Source of the DNA: a virus
Lineage: Duplodnaviria; Caudoviricetes
DNA length: 24,928 bases
IMG/VR virus record: IMGVR_UViG_3300020045_003233
Span: 1 to 24,928 of that record
Direction: 5' to 3' (one strand)
Shown here: piece after piece, positions 1-7,911 of the stretch
Layout: every line of letters starts with the position of its first letter
Numbering within the stretch: the stretch's first letter is position 1
The notes under the pieces: model-generated
Told to the model about the DNA's origin: nothing
Databases searched by the model: none
Seen by the model: the letters and a program-made list of their open reading frames with translations, nothing else
Translations under genes and position numbers: made by a program

Positions 1-1056
1 CACGAACACAAAAGCCCTGACCAGTACGAAACCATGCAGACGGGTATGGGGTCGCGGGAGCAGCCGTTACTGTTAGCCATTACCACGGCAGGCACTAACC
101 TTGCCGGGCCATGCTACGAAAAGCGTAATGAGGTTAAAAAGGTACTTGAGGGCGTCTTTAGTGATGACCGTATCTTTGGCCTGATTTACACACTGGACGA
201 AGGCGACGACTGGACAGCCCCGGCGGTGTGGCCAAAGAGCAACCCGAATCTCGGTGTATCGGTGTCCGAGGATTACTTGACGGCACAGGTGCAGGGCGCG
301 GTACGGATTGCCAGCAAGCAGAATGCCATTAAGACCAAACATTTCAACGTGTGGAGCGGGGCACGTAATGCCTGGGTGAACATGGAGCAGTGGCGCGCGG
401 CGGGTGATGACACGCTGAGTGCCGAGGATTTCACGGGGGATTGCGCGGTCTGCCCGCTGGATTTGGCGAGCAAGATAGATCTTGCCGCAACCGGCTTATT
501 GTTTTGGCGCGATATCGACAACAAGCGCCATTACTACTGGTTCCCGAAGTTCTACCTACCCTATAGCGCGTTGCAGAATTCAAAAAACGCGGCGCAGTTT
601 GAAGGTTGGGCGGCGGGTGGCCATATCGAGATTATGGACGGCGACGAAGTGTCGCACTCACAGATCGAGTCCGACATAAAGGATTTGTCAGGCGTCTACA
701 CCGTGTCAGAGGTCGTCTATGACCCGTGGCAGGCAACGCAGTTAGCGCAAAACCTACGTGACGACGGCGTGACAGCGGTCGAATTTAGAAACACGGTACA
801 AAATATGTCGCCCGCCATGCTGGAACTCGAAGCGGCGCTGGCGTCCGGGCGCTTTCACCACAATGACAACCCCTGCATGAACTGGAATGCGTCCAACGTG
901 GTGAGCAAGGTAGACAAAAAAGACAATATCTTTCCGACGAAGGACGCGCCGGAGCAAAAAATTGACGGCGCAGTGGCCTTGATTATGGGCATAGGCCGCG
1001 CTGTATACGGTGACGGAATGGACTATTTAAGCGACTTTTTGAGTAATGCCGTATGA
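1..1056 (+). CDS. terL: Terminase large subunit, C-terminal part (5'-truncated by window edge)
   Basis: The frame is open from base 1 (HEHKSPDQYETMQTGMGSR, the segment after Walker B). It has the ITTAG coupling motif, W.KSNPNLG, and nuclease motifs LDLA, YDPW and KIDGAVALIM. It lies directly upstream of the portal. Confidence 0.95.
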   Translation, partial: HEHKSPDQYETMQTGMGSREQPLLLAITTAGTNLAGPCYEKRNEVKKVLEGVFSDDRIFGLIYTLDEGDDWTAPAVWPKSNPNLGVSVSEDYLTAQVQGAVRIASKQNAIKTKHFNVWSGARNAWVNMEQWRAAGDDTLSAEDFTGDCAVCPLDLASKIDLAATGLLFWRDIDNKRHYYWFPKFYLPYSALQNSKNAAQFEGWAAGGHIEIMDGDEVSHSQIESDIKDLSGVYTVSEVVYDPWQATQLAQNLRDDGVTAVEFRNTVQNMSPAMLELEAALASGRFHHNDNPCMNWNASNVVSKVDKKDNIFPTKDAPEQKIDGAVALIMGIGRAVYGDGMDYLSDFLSNAV

Positions 1057-2312
1057 GCTTTTTCTCGCCCATTATGCGCCTGTTCAATATGGGCGGGCTA
1101 TCAAATCCTGACACAGGATTTCAGATATCAGGCGGCACGACACTTAGCACGGCGTCCGGGTCTTCCGTGACGGATGAGCGCGCGCTGCAGGTGAGCGCGG
1201 TATGGGCGTGCGTCCAACTGATTGCCAATAGTGTCGCGGGTTTACCGATTTCTATCTTTAACGATACGGAAACAGGCAGAGAACCGATAGAACGTAGGCA
1301 TTTCTTAAAAGATTTGCTGCTATTTCGCCCCAATCAGTACATGAAACCGAGGGACTTTCGGGCCGCAATGACGGTGCAGATGGCGCTATGGGGCAACGCT
1401 TACGCCGAAATTATCCGACTGGGTGAGCGCCCGGTGGCGTTAATGCCGCTGAGACCTGGGCGGATGACGCCGTTTATGACGGATTCAGGCGCATTGCAGT
1501 ACCACTACAATGTGCAGGCTGGCGTCAAAGTCTATGCACAGCAAAGCATTTTACACCTGAAAGGCTTTGGCACTGATGGCATCGTGGGATCGTCACGCAA
1601 CGATTATGCACGGGAAGCCTACGGATTAACGGTAGCGGCTGAGACATTCGCGGCAAAGCAGTTTGCCAACGGTGGCAGACCGGGCGGCGTGATTACGTTT
1701 GACGCTTTCCTGAAACCTGACCAGCGGGCACAGGCAAAACTCTTGTATGAGGGATTGTCCGAGGGGGCTATCAACGCCAACAAGCTATGGGTATTGGAGG
1801 GCGGGAGTAAATACGAGGCGCTGGACTTTGCCGCCGATCAGATGCAGATGATTGCTACCAGAAGCCAGCAACTATCCGAGATTGCGCGATTCTTTGGTGT
1901 GCCCGGAGTGATGATCGGCGCGGGCGAGACGGGTTCCAGCGCGTGGCCTGCCAGTTTTGAGCAACAAATGCTGTCATTCCTGACATTTACGCTGCAGGCG
2001 TATCTCGACGAATGGGAGTCTGCGCTGTCCTATTCCCTTTTGCCGATGGGAAGCCCTATCGGTATCGACCACGATACCGCGCCATTAGTCAAAATGGACT
2101 CAGCAGCGCGATCAAATTATTGGGCAAGGCTTGTACAAAACGGACTGGCAACCCGAAACGAGGGGCGCATTGCCATGAACCTGCCACGCGCCGATGACCC
2201 CGGCGCTGACCGGCTCACGGTGCAGACGAATTTAGTCCAATTGGAGGACTTGAAAGATGTTTCAGAAAATACTGAACCAACTCGAACACTGCCAACTGAA
2301 GTTCGACAGTAA
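1053..2312 (+). CDS. HK97-family portal protein
   Basis: Motifs ALQVSAVWACV.LIA, PNQYM, GNAYA, ILHLKG, FANGGRPGG, EIARFFGVP and TRNEGR..MNLP. ATGA overlap with terL. Confidence 0.95.
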   Translation: MSFFSPIMRLFNMGGLSNPDTGFQISGGTTLSTASGSSVTDERALQVSAVWACVQLIANSVAGLPISIFNDTETGREPIERRHFLKDLLLFRPNQYMKPRDFRAAMTVQMALWGNAYAEIIRLGERPVALMPLRPGRMTPFMTDSGALQYHYNVQAGVKVYAQQSILHLKGFGTDGIVGSSRNDYAREAYGLTVAAETFAAKQFANGGRPGGVITFDAFLKPDQRAQAKLLYEGLSEGAINANKLWVLEGGSKYEALDFAADQMQMIATRSQQLSEIARFFGVPGVMIGAGETGSSAWPASFEQQMLSFLTFTLQAYLDEWESALSYSLLPMGSPIGIDHDTAPLVKMDSAARSNYWARLVQNGLATRNEGRIAMNLPRADDPGADRLTVQTNLVQLEDLKDVSENTEPTRTLPTEVRQ

Positions 2313-2931
2313 TGACCAGGGCACGTTCTCTGGTTATGCGTCGGTATTCAATTCAAACGATGCAGTAAACGATACGATATTGCCGGGTGCTTTTCTGAAA
2401 AGCATCGAGTCTGGCCATAACGTCAAAATGTTTGTCAATCACGATCATCATGCGGTACCGGTGGGTGATTGGGTGGCGCTGAAAGAAGATGGCCACGGGC
2501 TGGCAGTAACCGGGAAGATTGACCTGAATCATAAAGACGGGCCAACGGTGTTCTCTGCCATGAAGCGCGGCGCATTAGATGGCCAGTCTATCGGCTTCAC
2601 GATGGAGCAATGCGACTACCAAAAGAAGTCTACAGGCGGGCGCGTTATCAGCAACCTGACCCTTAAGGAGATATCGTTAGTGAGCTTTCCCTGTGAAAGT
2701 CAGGCGAGAATTACCGCAGTAAAAGCGGAAATCATGGGATTGGAATCCCTGAGCGACTTGGAACACTACTTGCGTGAGGCAGGCGGGTTTAGTAAGTCAA
2801 TGGCGTCGTATTTTGTCGGCCAGTGTACACGGATTGCGCGGGGCGAGCCTGCGGAATCGGTGAAGCAAATGACAGGCATGGAAGCGAAACTGGCGAATAC
2901 TATTTTAGAGTTTAGCCAGCGATTCAAGTAA
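2257..2931 (+). CDS. HK97-family prohead maturation protease
   Basis: Motifs FSGYASVF, D.ILPGAF, NHD (catalytic His), SIGF (catalytic Ser) and L.EISLVSFP. GGAGG RBS at ~2243. Overlaps the portal 3' end by 56 nt. Confidence 0.93.
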   Translation: MFQKILNQLEHCQLKFDSNDQGTFSGYASVFNSNDAVNDTILPGAFLKSIESGHNVKMFVNHDHHAVPVGDWVALKEDGHGLAVTGKIDLNHKDGPTVFSAMKRGALDGQSIGFTMEQCDYQKKSTGGRVISNLTLKEISLVSFPCESQARITAVKAEIMGLESLSDLEHYLREAGGFSKSMASYFVGQCTRIARGEPAESVKQMTGMEAKLANTILEFSQRFK

Positions 2932-2950
2932 ACAGTACTACTAAACCCTG

Positions 2951-2970
2951 ACCGCTACGGCGGTTTTTTT
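2951..2970 (+). terminator. Rho-independent terminator-like hairpin upstream of capsid gene
   Basis: ACCGC-TACG-GCGGT stem-loop followed by a T-run. Confidence 0.7.
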
Positions 2971-3000
2971 ATGCCTGAAATATGGCAAAGGACGTGAAAC

Positions 3001-4212
3001 ATGAGCACTGAAATCAATAAGGCACTCGACCAGGCTGAACTGGTAGTTGAGATTAAAGCCCTTGAGAAAAACATCGTCGGCAAGTTTGACGAAATCCAGA
3101 AAGCCACTGACCAGGCTAACGTTGAACTGAAGGAATTGGGCGAGGTGAAGGTGGAAACCAAAGCCAAACTGGAAGCCATCAGCAAGCAGTACGACGAACT
3201 GTACAACCGTGTGCAGGCAGTCGAGCAGAAAGGCGCGTTTGTCACGCAGGAAAGTTCAGCGTACAACCTGGGCGAAGAGTTTGTGAAGTCTGCGGCGTTT
3301 ACCGCCATGCAGTCAGGCTCCACGGGCCGCGCGCGGATGGAGATTAAAACCGCCATCATCAACGCGACCGGGCAAAACCAGCCGCTCGTCAACAGCGACC
3401 GCGACATGAGCGGAATCTACACTACCCCTAACCGCAATCTGCGTATCCGGGACATGATTCGTTCACGCCCGACGTCTTCAAACCTGATCGAGTTCACACG
3501 TGAGAATGCGTTTACGAACAACGCAGGCCCAACGGTGAGTGGTTCTCCGCAGGCGTTTGAAAACGTGACCAAGCCGGAATCAGCGAATACGTTTACTCTG
3601 GTAAACGTGCCGGTGGTGACGCTGGCGCACTTCATCCCTGCCTCTGTGCAGGTGTTGGACGATTCGCCTATGCTGGCCTCTCACATTAACGGACGACTGA
3701 TGTACGGTCTGAAGCTGAAGGAAGAGACCCAGTTGTTGCTCGGCACTGGTGCTAACGGCCAATTGAACGGCCTGTATACGCAAGCCACGGCTTACACGGT
3801 GGCCTCGCCTACCCGTACCAACGAGATAGACATTCTCCGCGATGCGATCAAGCAGGCACAGGTGTCCGAGTATTCGCCTGACTTCATCGTGCTGAACCCG
3901 TCTGACTGGTTCGACATTGAAATCAGGAAAGTGGGTACCAGCGACAACCGTTATGTTGTGGGCGATCCCAACAACATGCGCCCTGAGAGCCTTTGGGGTA
4001 TGCCCGTTATCGTGACGAACAGCATCACCGCTGGCACGTTCCTGATGGGTTCTTCAATGGCGGCGGAGATTGCAGACCGTCAGCAGGCAGTGGTTGAAGC
4101 ATCACGCGAAGACAGCACCAACTTCCAAAAGAATATGGTGACGATTCGCGCCGAAGAGCGTCTGGCGCTGTGTGTGTTCCGTACCGAGGCGTACATCAAG
4201 GGCAGTTTGTAA
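3001..4212 (+). CDS. HK97-fold major capsid protein with N-terminal delta (scaffold) domain
   Basis: Coiled-coil N-terminus, then close similarity to HK97 gp5 motifs (IRD, TSSN, KPES, AH...S.QVLDD.PML, LNP.DW, WG.PV, NF.KNM.TI..EERLAL). Confidence 0.97.
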   Translation: MSTEINKALDQAELVVEIKALEKNIVGKFDEIQKATDQANVELKELGEVKVETKAKLEAISKQYDELYNRVQAVEQKGAFVTQESSAYNLGEEFVKSAAFTAMQSGSTGRARMEIKTAIINATGQNQPLVNSDRDMSGIYTTPNRNLRIRDMIRSRPTSSNLIEFTRENAFTNNAGPTVSGSPQAFENVTKPESANTFTLVNVPVVTLAHFIPASVQVLDDSPMLASHINGRLMYGLKLKEETQLLLGTGANGQLNGLYTQATAYTVASPTRTNEIDILRDAIKQAQVSEYSPDFIVLNPSDWFDIEIRKVGTSDNRYVVGDPNNMRPESLWGMPVIVTNSITAGTFLMGSSMAAEIADRQQAVVEASREDSTNFQKNMVTIRAEERLALCVFRTEAYIKGSL

Positions 4213-4221
4213 GCCAAACCT

Positions 4222-4245
4222 AAGCGCCTGGGCATCGGCGCTTTA
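4222..4245 (+). terminator. Hairpin after capsid stop (weak terminator or mRNA-stabilising stem)
   Basis: AAGCGCC-N8-GGCGCTT with only a short T tail. Confidence 0.35.
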
Positions 4246-4262
4246 CTAATTCAGGGCAGATC

Positions 4263-4508
4263 ATGAAAGTCATTATCAATTACAGCACGAGCGTGGGCGG
4301 CGTCTGGTATGAGCCGCAAGTGTTCGCGCAAGAGGTGGCGGACACTATCGCCGCGCACCTTATCGAGATCGGTTCGGCAGTCCCTTTTGAAACAAAGGTA
4401 GTCGAGGTGACCGAAAAAAAGATTTCATCTGCATTGCCAGCGGACCCAGTCTCACCGCCGCCGATGCAGCCCGCGCGACGCGGACGCAAGCCGAAGTCAT
4501 CGCAGTAA
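4263..4508 (+). CDS. Small post-capsid protein (81 aa) with Pro-rich, basic C-terminal tail
   Basis: ORF immediately after the capsid gene, ending RRGRKPKSSQ, a position and tail type common in HK97-like head modules. Contains an A_AAA_AAG slippery site at 4415-4421. Confidence 0.75.
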   Translation: MKVIINYSTSVGGVWYEPQVFAQEVADTIAAHLIEIGSAVPFETKVVEVTEKKISSALPADPVSPPPMQPARRGRKPKSSQ

Positions 4509-5005
4509 ATGATAGTTACCGGCTTGCTCCTGATGCTGGATACCTTTATGCGTGCGATCAGGCATGGTGGCGGGTCCATCTGGAGGCGGTTAAATCGTCG
4601 TTTAAGGGGCAGTTAGTCACGCAGTACCATCGTGACGGTGAGTTGGAATACGCGCAACAGAACGGCATTCTGGCCTATCAGGGCCGGGATACGCCGGGGC
4701 TTGGGCGTGACATGCTTCACTTTAACGACAATTCAGGCGCGCAGGCCATTAACCTGGCCTATTTATTGGGTGCAACCCGCATTATTTTGGTCGGGTATGA
4801 CATGCAAAACACCGGTGGGCGGGCGCATTGGTTCGGTGAGCATCCGCACGAGTTAATGACGGGCGGCAATTACGCGGTGTACGTGGACCGGTTCACGCGG
4901 CTGGCAGCGGACCTGAAGTACGAGGGCGTTGAAGTTATCAACTGCACACGCGAAACCGCCTTGTACCAATTCAGGCGCGACACATTAGAGAGCATTTATG
5001 GCTAA
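4421..5005 (+). CDS. Glycosyltransferase-like protein (GT42/CstII- or Maf/DUF115-like), probably expressed as a -1 frameshift fusion to 4263
   Basis: Frame is open 4391-5005. Manual translation from 4421 gives DFICIASGPSLT...VIAVNDSY...LYACDQAWW...NSGAQAINLAYLLGATRIILVGYDM...HWFGEHP...INCT. The ORF track start at 4643 omits the N-terminal GPS motif. No ATG/GTG/TTG lies upstream of that motif in this frame. Confidence 0.75.
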   Translation, partial: DFICIASGPSLTAADAARATRTQAEVIAVNDSYRLAPDAGYLYACDQAWWRVHLEAVKSSFKGQLVTQYHRDGELEYAQQNGILAYQGRDTPGLGRDMLHFNDNSGAQAINLAYLLGATRIILVGYDMQNTGGRAHWFGEHPHELMTGGNYAVYVDRFTRLAADLKYEGVEVINCTRETALYQFRRDTLESIYG

Positions 5006-5525
5006 AGTCAAAAAGGTGAACACCGACATTGTCTATGACGTCGGCAAGTACCGCGACGGCTGGAACGGTGGGCTGCCAGAAACAAAATGCGGGTATGGGT
5101 CACGACTGGACCAAACCGTAGAACAGCGGGAGTGGCTGCAAAAGGTATTCGCCAAGTTTGAGATCAAAAGCATCGTCGATATCGGCGCGGGCGACCTGAA
5201 CTGGGTCAAGCATATGGACCTGGTTGGCATTGATTACCGGCCTTTTGATTTAGTGGTGCGCGACCCGAGCGTGACCCGGTTTGATATCCTGCAGGAAGTC
5301 CCACCTAAAGCCGATTGCATTATGCTGCTTTGGGTACTGAACCACTTTGATTTCGACGATTGCCGCAAAGCGTTGAAAAACATACACGCCAGCGAAGCTA
5401 AATACCTGATTATGACCGACCGGCCAAAGTGGCACGAGGAACAGCCGCCGGAGATACAAATGCAGGCGCTTGACGCAATACTGTTGAATGAAAAGGGCGA
5501 CAGGATAAAGTTGATACGCCTGTGA
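4998..5525 (+). CDS. Class I SAM-dependent methyltransferase
   Basis: Motif I IVDIGAGD, preceded by CGYGS; post-II segment DCIMLLWVLNH. No DNA-MTase DPPY/PC motif. Confidence 0.8.
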   Translation: MAKVKKVNTDIVYDVGKYRDGWNGGLPETKCGYGSRLDQTVEQREWLQKVFAKFEIKSIVDIGAGDLNWVKHMDLVGIDYRPFDLVVRDPSVTRFDILQEVPPKADCIMLLWVLNHFDFDDCRKALKNIHASEAKYLIMTDRPKWHEEQPPEIQMQALDAILLNEKGDRIKLIRL

Positions 5526-6148
5526 GGGCAGTGATACTAGGCACGGGTCCAAGCGTTACCGGCGAGGTAATGAAGCAGTTACAGGCCACGCGGCTGCCGA
5601 TATTCGGCTGTAACAACGCCTACCAGATAGCGCCAGTGCGGGCGCTGATTAGTTGCAATATCGAATGGTGGGACTATTACTGGCAGCGCGATGTTAATTT
5701 GCGCCTGGGCGCATTTGACAAGTGGACATGGGACAAAGCCACAAGCGAGCGGTACGGCATAGCCCATATTCGCGGTGAATGGGGCGACGGTTTATCGACT
5801 GACCCCGAGGTTATCCACTACGGACACAGTTCGGGTTATCAATTACTGGGGCTGGCGTACCACTACGGCGTCACTGAGTTTGTGCTGACTGGGTATGACT
5901 TGCGATTCCCGGTGATGTACGACGGGATAAAGCAGGTGGCAGGCGGTGACCGGCATTATTTCGGTGAATACCCGCAAGAGCTACAGCACTGGACTAAAAC
6001 GAATATCGGTGGCAACGGTGAATTAAACGGATTGCTAGAGTGCTACCGGACAATCAAGCCAGAGACTTACGGAATACGCATTATCAACTGTAGTCCAGGC
6101 AGTGCGCTGGATTTTTTCGAGAATGGGCGGCTTGAAGAATGGTTGTAA
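5522..6148 (+). CDS. Glycosyltransferase-like protein (GT42/CstII- or Maf/DUF115-like), paralog of 4421-5005
   Basis: VILGTGPS, FGCNNAY, SSGYQLLGLAYHYGVTEFVLTGYD, HYFGEYP and IINCS. These parallel the CstII motifs IIAGNGPS, FRCNQFY and TSG...GY.EIYL.G.D. Confidence 0.75.
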   Translation: MRAVILGTGPSVTGEVMKQLQATRLPIFGCNNAYQIAPVRALISCNIEWWDYYWQRDVNLRLGAFDKWTWDKATSERYGIAHIRGEWGDGLSTDPEVIHYGHSSGYQLLGLAYHYGVTEFVLTGYDLRFPVMYDGIKQVAGGDRHYFGEYPQELQHWTKTNIGGNGELNGLLECYRTIKPETYGIRIINCSPGSALDFFENGRLEEWL

Positions 6149-6681
6149 ATCCGATTCCTGAATACATGAACCATTTTCTATATCCGCTAGTCGGAAACAG
6201 AATGTGCGAATTGGGTAACAAAAAGTCAGGTGATAATACTTACAAGGCGTACTTTGAGTCGCTAGGTTTTGAACACGTTTCGGTAGATATCAACGGGCTT
6301 GACGGTGCGCTTCGGATGGATTTACGCAAGCCGTTAAACTTGGGTCAGTTCGACATGGTGACGAACATCGGCACTAGTGAGCATGTGGTAGACAATCAAG
6401 AGGCAGTCTGGCGCAACATTCACGAGGCGGTGAAGGTAGGCGGGGTGTATATCGGCATGTGTCCAAGTCCCGGCGACTGGCACTGGCATGGGCAATGGTA
6501 TCCCTCGCAAGAGTTTTACAAGCAATTTGCCGAGCGCAACGGCTACAGAATCGAACACTTGGCCATAGGTCGCGAGTATCCGAATCGCAATGTAGACGTG
6601 CGAATGGTGAAAGTATCGGACTTGCCGTTTACCATGCCGGATGACGATACGCTGTTTTACAATGAGATGAGGCCGAGATAA
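6139..6681 (+). CDS. Class I SAM-dependent methyltransferase
   Basis: MCELGNK (motif I variant), VSVDING, MDLRKP, FDMVTNIGTSEHV and IHEAVKVGGVYI are typical of the methyltransferase fold. Confidence 0.8.
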   Translation: MVVNPIPEYMNHFLYPLVGNRMCELGNKKSGDNTYKAYFESLGFEHVSVDINGLDGALRMDLRKPLNLGQFDMVTNIGTSEHVVDNQEAVWRNIHEAVKVGGVYIGMCPSPGDWHWHGQWYPSQEFYKQFAERNGYRIEHLAIGREYPNRNVDVRMVKVSDLPFTMPDDDTLFYNEMRPR

Positions 6682-6685
6682 ACTG

Positions 6686-6755
6686 AGGCGCGGCTAGGGT
6701 AGCACCCGAAAGCTGGTTACACCGACCAGTTGCCGCACCTACTAACGGTGGTAAC
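6686..6755 (+). ncRNA. C4-antisense-like structured RNA with downstream complementary target
   Basis: Outer stem 6686-6694/6732-6740 encloses hairpins GGGT-AGC-ACCC and AGCTGGT-TACACCG-ACCAGTT. GTTACACCG (6716-6724) is complementary to CGGTG(G)TAAC (6746-6755). The GGCTAGGGTAGC.CCCGAAA core resembles phage c4-type RNAs, from memory. Confidence 0.55.
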
Positions 6756-6769
6756 TAAAGGTGATAGTT

Positions 6770-7207
6770 ATGGATAAAACAGAAATAAGAACAGAATTTG
6801 TTAACTGGCTAAAGTCGTCTTGGGATATTTCTGTTGATGACGGGCCTGACAAAAGCATGGAGTCAGTGTTTAAGGCGGCACTTCATTCATGTATAGACGG
6901 CAATCTATGCCCGGAGTTCTTTGCTACCGACAAAGTTATTGAAATTATAACGAATAATGTCGCTGATATTCTTGCCGAATGTTTTGAAAGGCAATCGTTA
7001 TACCTATCTGCGGACAGGAAAAGCGCGACAGTTACTATTGGTATTGGTCCTTTAATGGCAACCCTGCCAATAAAAACATTAATTGATTTGACCGAGTTTA
7101 GAGAGACTGGCGATATTGATTTAGAGGCCGACGCGAGCGGGTGTATTACTGGCGCAACCGCGTTTATAGATGCAGAGTTTTTCCCGGAAGAGTTAGTTAG
7201 CGGGTAA
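6770..7207 (+). CDS. Acidic hypothetical protein, moron-like insertion
   Basis: Visibly more AT-rich than neighbours. AAAGGTG RBS favours ATG 6770 over GTG 6761. Flanked by a structured leader and its own terminator. Confidence 0.75.
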   Translation: MDKTEIRTEFVNWLKSSWDISVDDGPDKSMESVFKAALHSCIDGNLCPEFFATDKVIEIITNNVADILAECFERQSLYLSADRKSATVTIGIGPLMATLPIKTLIDLTEFRETGDIDLEADASGCITGATAFIDAEFFPEELVSG

Positions 7208-7226
7208 AGTAATTTCTTTTAAAGCG

Positions 7227-7248
7227 ACCCGCCTAGTGCGGGTTTTTT
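7227..7248 (+). terminator. Rho-independent terminator
   Basis: ACCCGC-CTAGT-GCGGGT followed by a T-run; identical to 10710-10731. Confidence 0.8.
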
Positions 7249-7260
7249 ATTGGGCAAAAA

Positions 7261-7911
7261 ATGCTAACAGTATGGTGCGTCCTCAACGGCACAAAGTACA
7301 CCGATGAAGACGTGCATATTTTACGCGGCATGGTTGACTGCAATCTGGCGCAACCGCACCGGTTTATCTGTTTATCTGACAGGCCGGTGGCGGGTGTAAC
7401 GTGCTTAATTCCGACTGAAAAATGGCCGGGGTGGTGGATGAAGCTCGCCCTGTTTCGCTATGCCGAGGGGCAAAACCTCTACCTCGATTTAGACTCGGTG
7501 GTGATTGGCAACCTTGACGGGCTGGTGAGTGAGCAGATAAGCCTGCCTGCTAACTGGGCGCAAAGCGGCTGGGGTGGCTGTCAGTCGTCCGTCATGTCGT
7601 GGGGTACCGTGGATTATAGGTATGGCGGCTTGGCCGATACGTTCAACGTGGACGAATTGGAATCGCCTACAAGCGAGGATTGCGGGCGGTATCACGGCCT
7701 GCATGGCGACCAGGATTACATCACAGCGCAGCTAGGCAATCCGGGCGACGGGGCGGTGGTGCCTATGAAGGGCATATACAGCTACCGTTACCATTGCCAG
7801 AACGGGCCTCCGGGTGACGCCAAGGTAATCTGTTTTCATGGCAACCCCAAGCCGGGGCAAGTGGGTGACGATTGGGTTATCGCAGCGCGATCCATGTCAA
7901 CCCGGCGCTAG
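7261..7911 (+). CDS. GT-A fold glycosyltransferase (GT8-like)
   Basis: GTKY, FICLSD, GWWMKLALF, DxD motif LYLDLDSVV, SSVMSW, GDQDYI and C-terminal CFHGNPKP. Confidence 0.85.
   Translation: MLTVWCVLNGTKYTDEDVHILRGMVDCNLAQPHRFICLSDRPVAGVTCLIPTEKWPGWWMKLALFRYAEGQNLYLDLDSVVIGNLDGLVSEQISLPANWAQSGWGGCQSSVMSWGTVDYRYGGLADTFNVDELESPTSEDCGRYHGLHGDQDYITAQLGNPGDGAVVPMKGIYSYRYHCQNGPPGDAKVICFHGNPKPGQVGDDWVIAARSMSTRR

Noticed and set aside
4190-4262. Capsid C-terminal frameshift or readthrough extension
   Set aside because: No slippery heptamer at the capsid 3' end and a clean TAA stop; the slippery site is in the next gene.
4643-5005. ORF track start at TTG 4643
   Set aside because: It would delete the N-terminal GPS, N..Y and C...WW motifs that are present in the paralog at 5522.
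4998-6681. Methyltransferases as DNA methylases of a restriction-modification system
   Set aside because: No DPPY/NPPY or PC catalytic motifs, short length, and interleaved with glycosyltransferase-like genes.
6686-6740. Cloverleaf-like structure as a tRNA
   Set aside because: About 55 nt with only two internal arms, no TTC loop and no CCA end; fits a C4-like RNA better.
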